The notes: a model not told the origin generated them from the sequence alone. Counted from the stretch's first letter, positions 12,128 through 22,831 are shown. The stretch is DNA of 64,000 bases from Bacillus subtilis subsp. subtilis str. 168 (GCF_000009045.1 NC_000964.3:1860001-1924000); one strand, 5' to 3'. Numbers and translations: made by a program.

Positions 12128-12748
12128 ATGGGAAAAATGGACGAAATGATTTTAGTTGCCCCGCGCGATGATGTGTTTAAAAAAGAAAGCTTAACCTTCC
12201 AGGGCGTGTACAGTGAAGATAGCAGAGTAGCAGAAATCATGGCTCAGATTGAAGCGGCCTATCGTGAAATGAGAAGAGGGGACGCAGAAGAAGATCCGCG
12301 TTTCAAGCAGCCGATACCTTATGTCGTCATTAAGCGTGAAGATGAAGTTTTTCTTTACGAGCGGCTGGCTGGCGGCGGTGAATCACGTCTGCACAACAAG
12401 CTTTCTCTCGGTTTTGGCGGCCATATGAACGCCATCGAAGGGGCAGCTTCATTTGCTGAAGTCTTAAAGCTGAACACAGACCGTGAGCTTGAGGAAGAAC
12501 TGCAAATAAATGAAGAAGATAAACAGGCGATTGTCACACTGGGATTGATCAATGATGATGAAAACAGTGTTGGCAAAGTGCATATCGGTATTCTTTCTGC
12601 GCTTCAATTAAAGCCTGGCGCACAAGTGGAAGTGAAGGAGAAAGAACAAATTGCGGGTAAATGGATGAAAGTTTCTGAATTAAAACAGGATGATATCTAC
12701 AACCGTCTGGAAACATGGTCACAGTTTGTTGTTGATATTCTTGAATAA
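12128..12748 (+). CDS. ymaB: Nudix-fold hydrolase
   Basis: GGH...RELEEEL Nudix-like box; ATG after GAGGAGG. Confidence 0.85.
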   Translation: MGKMDEMILVAPRDDVFKKESLTFQGVYSEDSRVAEIMAQIEAAYREMRRGDAEEDPRFKQPIPYVVIKREDEVFLYERLAGGGESRLHNKLSLGFGGHMNAIEGAASFAEVLKLNTDRELEEELQINEEDKQAIVTLGLINDDENSVGKVHIGILSALQLKPGAQVEVKEKEQIAGKWMKVSELKQDDIYNRLETWSQFVVDILE

Positions 12749-12788
12749 AAAAACCCGGTTTCTCGCGATGAGGAGCCGGGTTTTTTTA
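12748..12788. terminator. Bidirectional terminator between ymaB and cwlC
   Basis: AAAAAACCCGG...CCGGGTTTTTT. Confidence 0.8.
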
Positions 12789-12811
12789 TGAGACGCTCGT
12801 CCCCGTCTCGG

Positions 12812-13579
12812 CTATGATTCTAGGATCACAATAGCGTCAAAGCCGGCATTTTTCGCTCTGGCAGCGAGGGTGTCTGCATTGTCTTTGGATGAAAATGCGC
12901 CAATCTGCACTTTGTATAATCCGTCCTTTAAAAGGACAATCGAGTCAAAACCTTTGGCTTCGGCATTACTTGCGAGCGAGTCGGCATTCGCTTTGACTTT
13001 AAATGCGCCGATTTGAACCTTATATAACCCTGAGCTGGAAGTCTTTTTAAGGTTAAAGGCTTGCTCCAGCCCGTTTGCATGTCCTCTCGCTAAGCTTTGA
13101 ATAAAACTGCTCGTTTTCAGCTTATTTGCATCGGAAACGGTATCAATGAAGCCGTTCTCGGTCAAGAGGGCAGGCATTGCCGACTCCCTTAGGACGTGGA
13201 AGTTCGCTGTTTTTTTGCCGCGATCGGCAAAGTCGACAGCTTGTATCACTTCAGAGTGAATTGTCGATTGATAAGTCGTCGTCGGGGCTCCTACATCTGG
13301 ATAAATATAGCTTTCAAAACCTGTGCCTCCCCCGGAATTAACGTGAATGGACAAAAAGAAATCTGCTCCCCAGTTATTTGCGGCATTTGTCCGGTCGTTT
13401 AAGCTGACATATTGGTCGCTTGTCCGGCTCAGCAGCAGAGAAACGCCTTCATATTCATTAGTTAATATCGTACGTAAGGCTAAAGCGATTTGCAGGGTTA
13501 ACGTTTTCTCCTGAAGGCCATTACCTGTTGCGCCTGGATCAGACCCGCCATGGCCAGGATCAATAAAAATTTTAACCAT
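12812..13579 (-). CDS. cwlC: Mother-cell N-acetylmuramoyl-L-alanine amidase
   Basis: Amidase_3 motifs DPGHGG, E, SIH and ENGF, plus two YKVQIGAF SPOR repeats. Confidence 0.96.
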   Translation of the reverse strand: MVKIFIDPGHGGSDPGATGNGLQEKTLTLQIALALRTILTNEYEGVSLLLSRTSDQYVSLNDRTNAANNWGADFFLSIHVNSGGGTGFESYIYPDVGAPTTTYQSTIHSEVIQAVDFADRGKKTANFHVLRESAMPALLTENGFIDTVSDANKLKTSSFIQSLARGHANGLEQAFNLKKTSSSGLYKVQIGAFKVKANADSLASNAEAKGFDSIVLLKDGLYKVQIGAFSSKDNADTLAARAKNAGFDAIVILES

Positions 13580-13680
13580 TTTTCATCACCTCATTACAGG
13601 ATATGAAAAAACACGGCTTCTGCTTGTACGATTATCATTCAACTGAAAAATGAGGAAATAACCCTTTCACATCCAGAAAT

Positions 13681-14096
13681 TATTTCTCGGGAAAGCGCAC
13701 AATTCAACATGAAGCGACAACAGATACGGTCCGACATGAAATCTGTGCATACGCCATATGTTTGTATGTACTATGGGTTCGGTTAACCTGCACTGATTCC
13801 TGCTGGTTTTAAGCTTTGCGTTCATATTAAATCAAGCATTTAAAACGTAAATTGATGAGGAAAGCTCCTTTCATTAAAGACACCGCTTTATAAATCGAAA
13901 AAAAGAAAAACACTTCAGGTATCTTAGGGCGGGTAATACGTTTCGTACAAAAATCAGCCCGTTGTATGAAAAAGAAATAATGAGAAAGAAGCTCACTATA
14001 ATACTCTGACAAAATGATTAAAAACAAAATCTCATGGTTTGTCCACCCCATGTCCGTGAATACAATAAGAAATAAAGTATTTCTCGGGAAAGCGCA
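13681..14096. repeat. 19-bp exact direct repeat TATTTCTCGGGAAAGCGCA
   Basis: Copies at 13681-13699 and 14078-14096. Confidence 0.85.
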
Positions 14097-14202
14097 GGAT
14101 TCCTTATTGTTCCCGAAAAAAGCAATTGTTTCGACACATGATAGGCGTTTGTCACAATCGGCATCCGCTTGAATATCATATAGAGAGAACAGAGAGGTGA
14201 AG

Positions 14203-15171
14203 ATGTTGGAGCGCGCTGTGACTTATAAAAACAACGGACAGATCAACATTATTCTGAACGGGCAAAAGCAGGTGCTGACGAATGCTGAGGCAGAGGCGGA
14301 ATATCAGGCTGCATTGCAAAAAAACGAAGCAAAGCACGGCATTTTGAAGGAAATCGAAAAAGAGATGAGCGCATTAGTTGGGATGGAGGAAATGAAACGC
14401 AACATCAAGGAAATATACGCCTGGATTTTTGTGAACCAAAAACGCGCGGAGCAAGGCTTGAAGGTTGGAAAGCAAGCGCTGCACATGATGTTTAAAGGAA
14501 ATCCGGGAACGGGAAAAACGACGGTTGCACGGCTCATCGGCAAGCTGTTCTTTGAAATGAATGTCCTGTCAAAAGGCCACTTAATAGAAGCGGAGCGGGC
14601 TGACCTGGTCGGGGAGTATATCGGACACACCGCCCAAAAGACGAGAGATTTAATCAAAAAGTCATTAGGTGGCATTTTGTTTATAGACGAAGCCTACTCG
14701 CTGGCAAGAGGCGGCGAAAAGGACTTTGGGAAAGAAGCGATCGACACACTTGTAAAGCATATGGAAGACAAACAGCATGAGTTTATTTTGATACTCGCCG
14801 GATATTCACGGGAAATGGATCATTTTCTCTCGTTAAATCCCGGACTCCAATCAAGATTTCCCATCTCCATTGATTTTCCGGATTACTCTGTGACCCAGCT
14901 CATGGAGATTGCGAAACGAATGATCGATGAAAGGGAATACCAGCTCAGTCAAGAAGCGGAATGGAAATTGAAAGATTACTTAATGACAGTGAAAAGCACG
15001 ACAAGTCCCATTAAATTCAGCAATGGACGTTTTGTCAGAAATGTGATCGAAAAATCGATCAGAGCACAAGCCATGAGGCTTTTAATGGGAGACCAATACT
15101 TAAAAAGCGACTTGATGACCATCAAAAGCCAAGATCTTTCCATTAAAGAAGAAGCATCTGGATCTGCATAG
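14203..15171 (+). CDS. spoVK: Sporulation AAA+ ATPase SpoVK
   Basis: GNPGTGKT Walker A and FIDEAY Walker B. Confidence 0.96.
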   Translation: MLERAVTYKNNGQINIILNGQKQVLTNAEAEAEYQAALQKNEAKHGILKEIEKEMSALVGMEEMKRNIKEIYAWIFVNQKRAEQGLKVGKQALHMMFKGNPGTGKTTVARLIGKLFFEMNVLSKGHLIEAERADLVGEYIGHTAQKTRDLIKKSLGGILFIDEAYSLARGGEKDFGKEAIDTLVKHMEDKQHEFILILAGYSREMDHFLSLNPGLQSRFPISIDFPDYSVTQLMEIAKRMIDEREYQLSQEAEWKLKDYLMTVKSTTSPIKFSNGRFVRNVIEKSIRAQAMRLLMGDQYLKSDLMTIKSQDLSIKEEASGSA

Positions 15172-15303
15172 ACCTCTCAGTTTTTGAGAGGTCTGTTTTT
15201 TGCTCGTATTTCCGCTTTTCAAAGCAATCGATTTGTGGTATACACATGCAGGGTTTGGTATGATAATACTACTGCCCAATATGCAAAAGAAAGGAACATC
15301 CAT

Positions 15304-16566
15304 TTGAACGAACAAGAAACGATTCAGGAGAAAGCCATTTTAGTCGGATGTCAGCTGCCGCATATCACGGATGAGCATTTTGAAAATTCTATGGAAGAGC
15401 TAGCATCTCTGACGAAAACAGCAGACGGAAAAGTACTGACCAGCGTCACACAAAAACGGAACAGGGCTGACGCCGCTACATATATAGGAAAAGGGAAGGT
15501 AGAAGAGCTGAAGGCACTCGTGGAAGAGCTTGAAGCTGATCTCCTCATCTTTAATGATGAACTGTCGCCAAGTCAGCTGAAGTCATTGGCAACAGCAATT
15601 GAAGTGAAGATGATTGACCGCACGCAATTGATATTAGATATTTTTGCAAAGCGGGCGAGAACGAGAGAAGGCAAACTTCAAATTGAGCTGGCTCAGCTGC
15701 AATATGCACTGCCGCGTCTGACGGGACAAGGGATCAACCTTTCCCGGCAAGGCGGAGGAATTGGGGCAAGAGGTCCCGGGGAAACGAAACTGGAAACCGA
15801 CCGCCGCCATATCAGAAATCGCATTCATGAAATCAACACACAGCTTTCCACTGTCATTCGCCATAGAAGCCGATACCGTGAAAGAAGAAAGAAAAACGGT
15901 GTGCTTCAAATTGCGCTTGTCGGCTATACAAACGCAGGGAAATCAACATGGTTCAACCGCCTGACGAGTGCTGACAGCTATGAAGAAGACCTCCTGTTTG
16001 CCACGCTGGACCCGATGACCAGAAAAATGGTCCTGCCAAGCGGCTACAGTGTTCTTCTTTCAGATACAGTAGGATTTATTCAGGATCTTCCGACGACATT
16101 GATTGCTGCATTCCGCTCAACGCTTGAGGAAGTAAAAGAAGCGGATTTAATTCTGCATTTAATTGATTCTTCAAATGAGGATTATGCGGGACATGAAAAA
16201 ACAGTGCTTCGGCTGCTTGAGGAGCTTGAAGCAGATGATATCCCGATGCTGACGGCTTACAATAAACGTGATCAAAAACTGCCTGATTTTATACCGACCG
16301 CCGGAAGGGATCACATTATGGTCAGTGCGAAATTTGAGGACGACGCTGCAGCCTTTAAAGAAGCGATTCAGCGCTATTTGCGCCAAGAACTGTTAACGTC
16401 TTTTGAAGCACATGTGCCGGCAAGTGAAGGGAAGCTCCTTTCCAGAATCAAATCGGAAACGATGGTAGACCGCTTCTATTTTAATGAAGAAAATGAACAG
16501 TATGACATATCCGGCTATGTCCAAGAAGAGCAAAGTATCATCGGTGAATTAAAGAAGTATATGTAG
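15304..16566 (+). CDS. hflX: Ribosome-splitting GTPase HflX
   Basis: [12 protein letters not shown] and NKRD motifs; TTG start after AAAGGA. Confidence 0.96.
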
Positions 16567-16583
16567 GAAGGAAATATAAAGAC

Positions 16584-17849
16584 ATGTTTGACACATTAAC
16601 ACACGGAGAATTATTGAAGAAAACGGCAATGGAAGTGGAAGCGGACATTGCCGGCATTCATAAACAAATAGAAGAAATCAGCGAGCGAAATGAGTGGAGA
16701 GTGCTTCAAAGCTATAGAAAACACAAAGTAAGCGACACTCATTTCACGCCGTCTACTGGATACGGCTATGATGATATCGGAAGAGACACGCTTGAAAGCA
16801 TATATGCGGATGTGTTTGGCGGAGAAGCGGGGCTTGTAAGGCCGCAAATCATTTCAGGCACACATGCCATCTCAATTGCTTTGTTCGGTGTCCTCAGACC
16901 GGGGGACGAGCTCCTTTATATCACGGGCAAGCCGTATGATACGCTAGAGGAAATTGTGGGCGTCAGGGGTGGAGAAAACGCTGGTTCGTTAAAGGATTTT
17001 CAAATCGGCTATAATGCGGTTGATCTGACGAAAGACGGAAAGATAGACTATGATGCAGTCGCCGCTGCGATCAATCCGAAGACAAAAGTAATCGGCATTC
17101 AGCGCTCAAAAGGATATGCGAATCGCCCTTCTTTCTTAATTAGTGAAATAAAAGAAATGATCCGTTTTGTAAAAGAAATCAATGAAAATCTGATCGTCTT
17201 TGTGGACAACTGTTACGGAGAATTTGTGGAAGAGCTTGAGCCTTGCCATGTCGGAGCCGACCTGATGGCGGGATCTCTCATTAAAAATCCCGGCGGCGGC
17301 CTTGCGAAAACAGGCGGCTACCTCGTCGGAAAAGCGAAATGGATTGAAGCTTGCTCATACCGTATGACGTCACCCGGCATCGGCAGAGAAGCGGGGGCAT
17401 CTCTTTACTCGCTCCAAGAAATGTACCAAGGCTTCTTTTTGGCGCCTCACGTTGTGTCTCAAAGTTTAAAGGGAGCGGTGTTTACAGCGAGATTCCTTGA
17501 AAAACTCGGCTTCACTTCAAACCCGAAATGGGATGCGAAAAGAACGGATTTAATACAATCCGTTGAGTTTTCTGACAGAGAAAAGATGATTGCTTTTTGC
17601 CAGGCTATTCAATTTGCATCGCCAATCAATGCTCATGTGACGCCTTATCCAGCCTACATGCCTGGATACGAGGATGATGTCATTATGGCAGCAGGGACGT
17701 TTATTCAAGGAGCAAGCATCGAATTATCAGCTGATGGCCCTATCCGCCCGCCGTATGTAGCGTATGTTCAGGGAGGATTAACCTATTCGCATGTGAAGAA
17801 TGCCATATGCAGTGCAGTGGATTCATTGATGCAAAAGCAATTAATTTAA
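16584..17849 (+). CDS. ynbB: PLP-dependent Met-gamma-lyase-like (aluminium resistance family) protein
   Basis: SGTHAI, DNCYGE and GSLIKNPGGG (PLP Lys). Confidence 0.9.
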   Translation: MFDTLTHGELLKKTAMEVEADIAGIHKQIEEISERNEWRVLQSYRKHKVSDTHFTPSTGYGYDDIGRDTLESIYADVFGGEAGLVRPQIISGTHAISIALFGVLRPGDELLYITGKPYDTLEEIVGVRGGENAGSLKDFQIGYNAVDLTKDGKIDYDAVAAAINPKTKVIGIQRSKGYANRPSFLISEIKEMIRFVKEINENLIVFVDNCYGEFVEELEPCHVGADLMAGSLIKNPGGGLAKTGGYLVGKAKWIEACSYRMTSPGIGREAGASLYSLQEMYQGFFLAPHVVSQSLKGAVFTARFLEKLGFTSNPKWDAKRTDLIQSVEFSDREKMIAFCQAIQFASPINAHVTPYPAYMPGYEDDVIMAAGTFIQGASIELSADGPIRPPYVAYVQGGLTYSHVKNAICSAVDSLMQKQLI

Positions 17850-17876
17850 ATTTTTTAAAAATTTCTCTGGATTTGA

Positions 17877-17927
17877 TGTTAAGAATCCTTACATCGTATT
17901 GACACATAATATAACATCACCTATAAT
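17877..17927 (+). promoter_or_regulatory. glnRA SigA promoter with two GlnR/TnrA operators
   Basis: TGTTAAGAATCCTTACA (17877-17893), TGACACATAATATAACA (17900-17916), TTGACA-N17-TATAAT. Confidence 0.92.
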
Positions 17928-17958
17928 GAAACTAAGTTAAGAAAAGGAGGAAATTGAG

Positions 17959-18366
17959 ATGAGTGATAATATTCGCCGCTCAATGCCTTTATTTCCAATA
18001 GGAATTGTCATGCAGTTAACTGAGTTATCAGCAAGACAAATTCGATATTATGAGGAAAATGGACTGATATTTCCAGCCAGAAGTGAAGGAAATAGACGAT
18101 TATTTTCATTTCATGATGTAGATAAACTGTTAGAAATCAAGCACCTGATAGAACAAGGTGTAAACATGGCAGGAATTAAACAGATTCTGGCGAAAGCCGA
18201 AGCCGAGCCAGAACAAAAACAAAACGAGAAGACGAAAAAACCAATGAAACATGATCTGTCCGATGACGAACTGAGACAGCTCCTGAAAAACGAGCTCATG
18301 CAAGCCGGCCGTTTTCAAAGAGGGAATACATTCCGTCAAGGCGACATGTCCCGCTTCTTTCATTAA
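17959..18366 (+). CDS. glnR: MerR-family nitrogen regulator GlnR
   Basis: MerR HTH ([10 protein letters not shown]); directly upstream of glnA. Confidence 0.97.
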
Positions 18367-18424
18367 TCCGTTAGCAACTGTTTTGCTATATACATTTACC
18401 TTTTAAGAGGAGGAATTTTACCAA

Positions 18425-19759
18425 ATGGCAAAGTACACTAGAGAAGATATCGAAAAATTAGTAAAAGAAGAAAACGTGAAGTATATCCGCCTTCAATTTA
18501 CTGACATTCTTGGAACAATCAAGAATGTTGAGATTCCTGTAAGCCAGCTTGGAAAAGCGCTTGATAATAAAGTCATGTTTGACGGTTCTTCTATTGAGGG
18601 ATTCGTTCGTATCGAAGAGTCAGACATGTACCTGTATCCAGATCTAAATACATTTGTTATCTTCCCATGGACAGCTGAAAAAGGTAAAGTAGCACGTTTC
18701 ATCTGTGATATTTACAATCCGGATGGCACACCTTTTGAAGGTGACCCGCGAAACAACTTAAAACGGATTCTGAAAGAAATGGAAGACCTCGGCTTCAGTG
18801 ATTTTAACCTTGGGCCTGAGCCTGAATTCTTCTTATTCAAATTGGACGAAAAAGGCGAGCCGACGCTTGAACTAAACGACAAAGGCGGATATTTCGACTT
18901 AGCTCCAACTGATTTAGGAGAAAACTGCCGCCGCGATATCGTACTTGAGCTTGAAGAGATGGGCTTTGAAATCGAAGCGTCTCACCACGAAGTAGCACCT
19001 GGTCAGCACGAAATCGACTTTAAATATGCTGGAGCAGTCCGCTCTTGTGATGACATCCAAACATTTAAACTAGTTGTCAAAACAATTGCCCGTAAACACG
19101 GCCTGCATGCGACATTTATGCCAAAACCATTGTTCGGTGTAAACGGTTCAGGTATGCACTGCAATCTATCACTCTTCAAAAATGGTGTTAACGCATTCTT
19201 TGACGAAAACGCAGATCTTCAGTTAAGTGAAACAGCGAAGCACTTCATTGCAGGTATCGTGAAGCACGCAACAAGCTTTACAGCAGTAACAAACCCGACA
19301 GTAAACTCTTACAAACGTCTTGTTCCTGGCTATGAAGCACCTTGTTATGTAGCATGGAGCGCGCAAAACAGAAGCCCGCTTATCCGTATCCCGGCTTCTC
19401 GCGGCATCAGCACACGTGTTGAAGTACGCAGTGTAGACCCAGCTGCAAACCCATACCTTGCACTTAGCGTATTGCTTGCTGCAGGATTAGACGGAATCAA
19501 AAACAAACTGGAAGCGCCGGCTCCAATCGACCGCAACATCTATGTGATGAGCAAAGAAGAGCGCATGGAAAACGGAATCGTTGACCTTCCAGCAACACTT
19601 GCGGAAGCACTAGAAGAATTCAAATCAAACGAAGTCATGGTCAAAGCGCTGGGCGAGCACCTATTCGAACACTTCATCGAAGCAAAAGAAATCGAATGGG
19701 ATATGTTCCGCACGCAAGTACATCCTTGGGAACGCGAACAGTATATGTCTCAGTATTAA
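18425..19759 (+). CDS. glnA: Glutamine synthetase type I
   Basis: [23 protein letters not shown] and RSPLIRIP. Confidence 0.99.
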
Positions 19760-19765
19760 TATCTC

Positions 19766-19800
19766 AATCCCTTGGCACTAAAAGTGTCAGGGGATTTTTT
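19766..19800 (+). terminator. glnA terminator
   Basis: AATCCCTTGGCAC...GTGTCAGGGGATT hairpin plus T-tract. Confidence 0.8.
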
Positions 19801-19863
19801 ATGTTAATAGGTAATAAATTATGGAGCGGCACTGCTAAAAAGCAGGGTCACTTTTAGTCTATG

Positions 19864-19892
19864 TCACTAATAATTCTATGTACTAAATTTTT
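19864..19892 (+). other. RTP-binding replication terminator (Ter) site, one mismatch
   Basis: TCACTAATAATTCTATGTACTAAATTTTT versus the recalled consensus KMACTAANWNNWCTATGTACYAAATNTTC. Confidence 0.7.
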
Positions 19893-20086
19893 AATTAGGG
19901 AAATAATTCCACGCTTAAGGAAGCAATACGCATAAATAATTCGACAAATTCTGTGATAATTCCATTGTTCAATACTTCTACCAGCAATAATAAGATGAGT
20001 AAGGTAGATGTTTATCATTGACATCATAACCAAATGAATCCATAATTACGTTGAAATCTAAATCAATTTTCAAAAAGGAGATTTCT

Positions 20087-20377
20087 ATGAAAAAATTGAC
20101 TATCTTCTCCGGGGGATTAGGAGCGGTTTTTTCTGTACTGGCTCAACTGTTTGCGGTTATAGATGACTCTTACACTTTGGGGAATTTATGGTTTTTAGGT
20201 GCTTTGGCGGGAATTATAACCATGCTTGCTTCAATCCAGACAAATAATAAACCAGTCTTCAGCATATTATTAATTGCTAGTTCAGTAATAGGTCTACTTG
20301 GAACTGGTCTTGTATACATCATACCAACACTGTTCAATATAATAATAATTTATAAATTTTCAAAAGTAAGCCAATAA
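20087..20377 (+). CDS. ynxB: Small membrane protein
   Basis: ATG after AAAGGAG; 3-4 hydrophobic segments. Confidence 0.75.
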   Translation: MKKLTIFSGGLGAVFSVLAQLFAVIDDSYTLGNLWFLGALAGIITMLASIQTNNKPVFSILLIASSVIGLLGTGLVYIIPTLFNIIIIYKFSKVSQ

Positions 20378-20418
20378 GCCAATGGGAAAATTAAGGTTCT
20401 TTTTTTATTTAACATCCC

Positions 20419-20610
20419 TTTGACAAGGTCGGTGATAAATCGCAGAATGTTTATGCTTGCAACTAATCCACCAGCGGGGGCATCGGTGGGCATGATTATC
20501 TAACGCCATGTTTCTAGGATACCGGAATTGAAACATTTGCTGAGGCATTTCGTGAAGCTGATCACCAAATGACCATTTCCATAGAGGCACGTCTAAAGAA
20601 GCTATCATAG
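20419..20610 (+). pseudogene. Degenerate 3' gene fragment, WXG100-like C-terminus
   Basis: One frame with two internal stops ending ETFAEAFREADHQMTISIEARLKKLS*, abutting the RBS of the next gene. Confidence 0.4.
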
Positions 20611-20622
20611 GAGGACAATACT

Positions 20623-20967
20623 GTGTGGAAAGCTTTAAGTCAATTACTCAAGAAACAGAAAAATCAAAGTCCAAGCGATGAAGATTATATACAGATTCCA
20701 GAATTAGAAGTAAAAGTTTTGGGGATGCTTCACAGTATCAATATAGACCTGGTTAATGTAATAGCCCAAGCAGAAAAGTCTAAGGAGTTTATAGGACAAA
20801 TCGAAGGCATCTGGCATTCTATAGCAAATCAATTTTATTCACTCGCCCAAGGGTTTGAGAATGAGGATATCAATAAGCTTTCTGCGGATCTTGATCATGC
20901 TGCCGCCACTTGGGAAGCTGTTGCTAATAAAGCAAAAGAGTTTGTAACAAATTCATACCAAGGGTAA
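20623..20967 (+). CDS. ynzF: WXG100-like helical protein
   Basis: 114 aa helical hairpin with central GIWHSIANQFY; GTG after AGGAGG. Confidence 0.65.
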   Translation: MWKALSQLLKKQKNQSPSDEDYIQIPELEVKVLGMLHSINIDLVNVIAQAEKSKEFIGQIEGIWHSIANQFYSLAQGFENEDINKLSADLDHAAATWEAVANKAKEFVTNSYQG

Positions 20968-21097
20968 AAGAAAAATAAGGGCCTGAAAGGGCTCTTTTGC
21001 TTATAGTCATATTTCCCGTAAGTATTACTTTTTGGATTTAATAAATTTTAAAGCGTGTTTGTTTCACTGAATTCATAGTCAAAAGGGGAATGTTTTT

Positions 21098-21349
21098 ATG
21101 CTTGGAATCAACGTTGAAAAATCAAATGAAAACTTAATTATCAATTGGCAGCTATCCAAAATTGAAATTCCAATCAAAGAAATCAATGATGTATTTCTTG
21201 ATCCAAACTATGGGGGAGAGGAGAAAAGCGCAGTAAGGATTGGGTTTCCTTATGGCTCAACAGATAGGGTAGTAATTAAAACAGCACGTAACACTTACAT
21301 TTTGTTCACCACTAATCCTGCTTTAATTATGAGTAAAATTGTTTCTTAA
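21098..21349 (+). CDS. ynzG: SunI/YnzG-family protein (bacteriocin immunity-like)
   Basis: WQLSKIEIP and RIGFPYGSTDRVVIKT motifs; AAGGGG RBS. Confidence 0.72.
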   Translation: MLGINVEKSNENLIINWQLSKIEIPIKEINDVFLDPNYGGEEKSAVRIGFPYGSTDRVVIKTARNTYILFTTNPALIMSKIVS

Positions 21350-21460
21350 TAAACAGTTTATGTCCCTTTTAAATTTATCTATTAATGTTCTGTGTGGTAA
21401 AATTTAGTGAGATGATTTAAGGAGGAGGAGCATTTATGGAAGAAATAAAAGTTAGTTCAC

Positions 21461-21970
21461 ATGACACTAGATGGTATTAAGAAAGCAGTTTCTAAATATG
21501 GTACATTCCCTATGTTTCATCATGGAGGATATGTCATGGAAGATGCTACTTTTCATTTCAAAGATCCTGCTAGTCCTCAAGAAATTAGCGATATAGAACA
21601 GAAGCTAGGTGTTACTTTCCCTAATGACTATAAAGAGTTTTTGTTACAGCACAATGGGATGGAAATGTTTGATGGGATTGAAATACTTAGCTTAGAGGGA
21701 ATCATTGAATATAATGAGGTTCAAGATTTCCCAGAGGGATACGTTTTAATTGGATATCATTTTGATGGAAGATATGTCATAGACACAAACAAATCAAAAA
21801 ATGGATTAGGCTATATGCTATATCTAGACTCAATTGATGATATTGAAGATGCGATTAACTTAGATTCTAATTTCGAGATATGGTTTGATATGCTAGTGTC
21901 TTTAAATGGAACGAAATATTGGGAAGTAAATCCGAATCTCCAAGAGTATTATAAACTGGTTTCAGAATAA
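21461..21970 (+). CDS. ynaB: SMI1/KNR4 (SUKH) immunity-family protein, probably with an N-terminal frameshift
   Basis: PAS..EI..IEQKLGVTFPNDYKEFLLQHNG signature; strong RBS is in front of an out-of-frame ATG at 21436. Confidence 0.75.
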   Translation: MTLDGIKKAVSKYGTFPMFHHGGYVMEDATFHFKDPASPQEISDIEQKLGVTFPNDYKEFLLQHNGMEMFDGIEILSLEGIIEYNEVQDFPEGYVLIGYHFDGRYVIDTNKSKNGLGYMLYLDSIDDIEDAINLDSNFEIWFDMLVSLNGTKYWEVNPNLQEYYKLVSE

Positions 21971-22039
21971 CACTTCGGCAAAAGAAAAAATTATGACTAA
22001 TTTCAACAACCAAAGAAACTGCAATTTGAGGGAAGTATA

Positions 22040-22831
22040 ATGACAATTTACGAGCAAATTAAGGATGCTTTGAAAAATAAGATCAATGAGTTGGTTTCAC
22101 CTCAAGAAGTAAAGAAAACCCTTCAAGAAAAATACGGAACTAATCCGGATAGCATTATTTTATCAGATTATTGTTATAACCGGTATAATAAGGGGATTTC
22201 TTTTAATAAGCACCTCTTTGAATATATGAATAGAAGTTCTTACAAATACTTAGGTGAAAACTCTCTTTATACAGGACTTATTTTCAGAAAATCAAAAGGG
22301 GAAGATAAGGAAGTTATCGTAGGCGAATGGGTAAACGGTGTTAAATCACTCCGAGAAGCTTCTGTTACTAATAACCAAATAAATGATCAAGCCGAAATCA
22401 TTAGTAAAGAACAACTTGTAAACCTTTATAATGAATATAACCAAATCCTGAGATATGAAATGAATGTATTGAACTGTAAGCCTACAGAATTGAGGCATTT
22501 AATTGGCAGAATCGGTGAATTCATTTGTGCAATCCAAACCAACGGCACTCTGGCACGTCAAACTAATCAGCATGGATTTGATGTTGTGAGTGATGGCAGA
22601 CGGATTAGTGTAAAAACAACAGCTCAATCAAGTGGTTTTATTTCGATAAATAAAAATACATTTTATGATTTTGATGATTTTTTTGTAGTTCAATACGTAA
22701 ATGATGATTTTAAAGTTATTTTCTTCGGCTCAAAGGAAGAAGTGCAAAAAATAAGCAGAATTTATGGAAGCCAATACGAAGTTGAAATTTCACTTCTTAA
22801 AAAGCTTAATAAGGAATACCAATTAAATTAA
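22040..22831 (+). CDS. ynaC: Hypothetical protein with a C-terminal PD-(D/E)XK-like nuclease motif
   Basis: GRIGE...GFDVV...ISVKTT spacing. Confidence 0.7.
   Translation: MTIYEQIKDALKNKINELVSPQEVKKTLQEKYGTNPDSIILSDYCYNRYNKGISFNKHLFEYMNRSSYKYLGENSLYTGLIFRKSKGEDKEVIVGEWVNGVKSLREASVTNNQINDQAEIISKEQLVNLYNEYNQILRYEMNVLNCKPTELRHLIGRIGEFICAIQTNGTLARQTNQHGFDVVSDGRRISVKTTAQSSGFISINKNTFYDFDDFFVVQYVNDDFKVIFFGSKEEVQKISRIYGSQYEVEISLLKKLNKEYQLN

Noticed and set aside
13874-14035. Minus-strand hydrophobic frame with an RBS-like sequence and a stop at codon 6
   Set aside because: No recognisable family and could arise by chance in T-rich DNA
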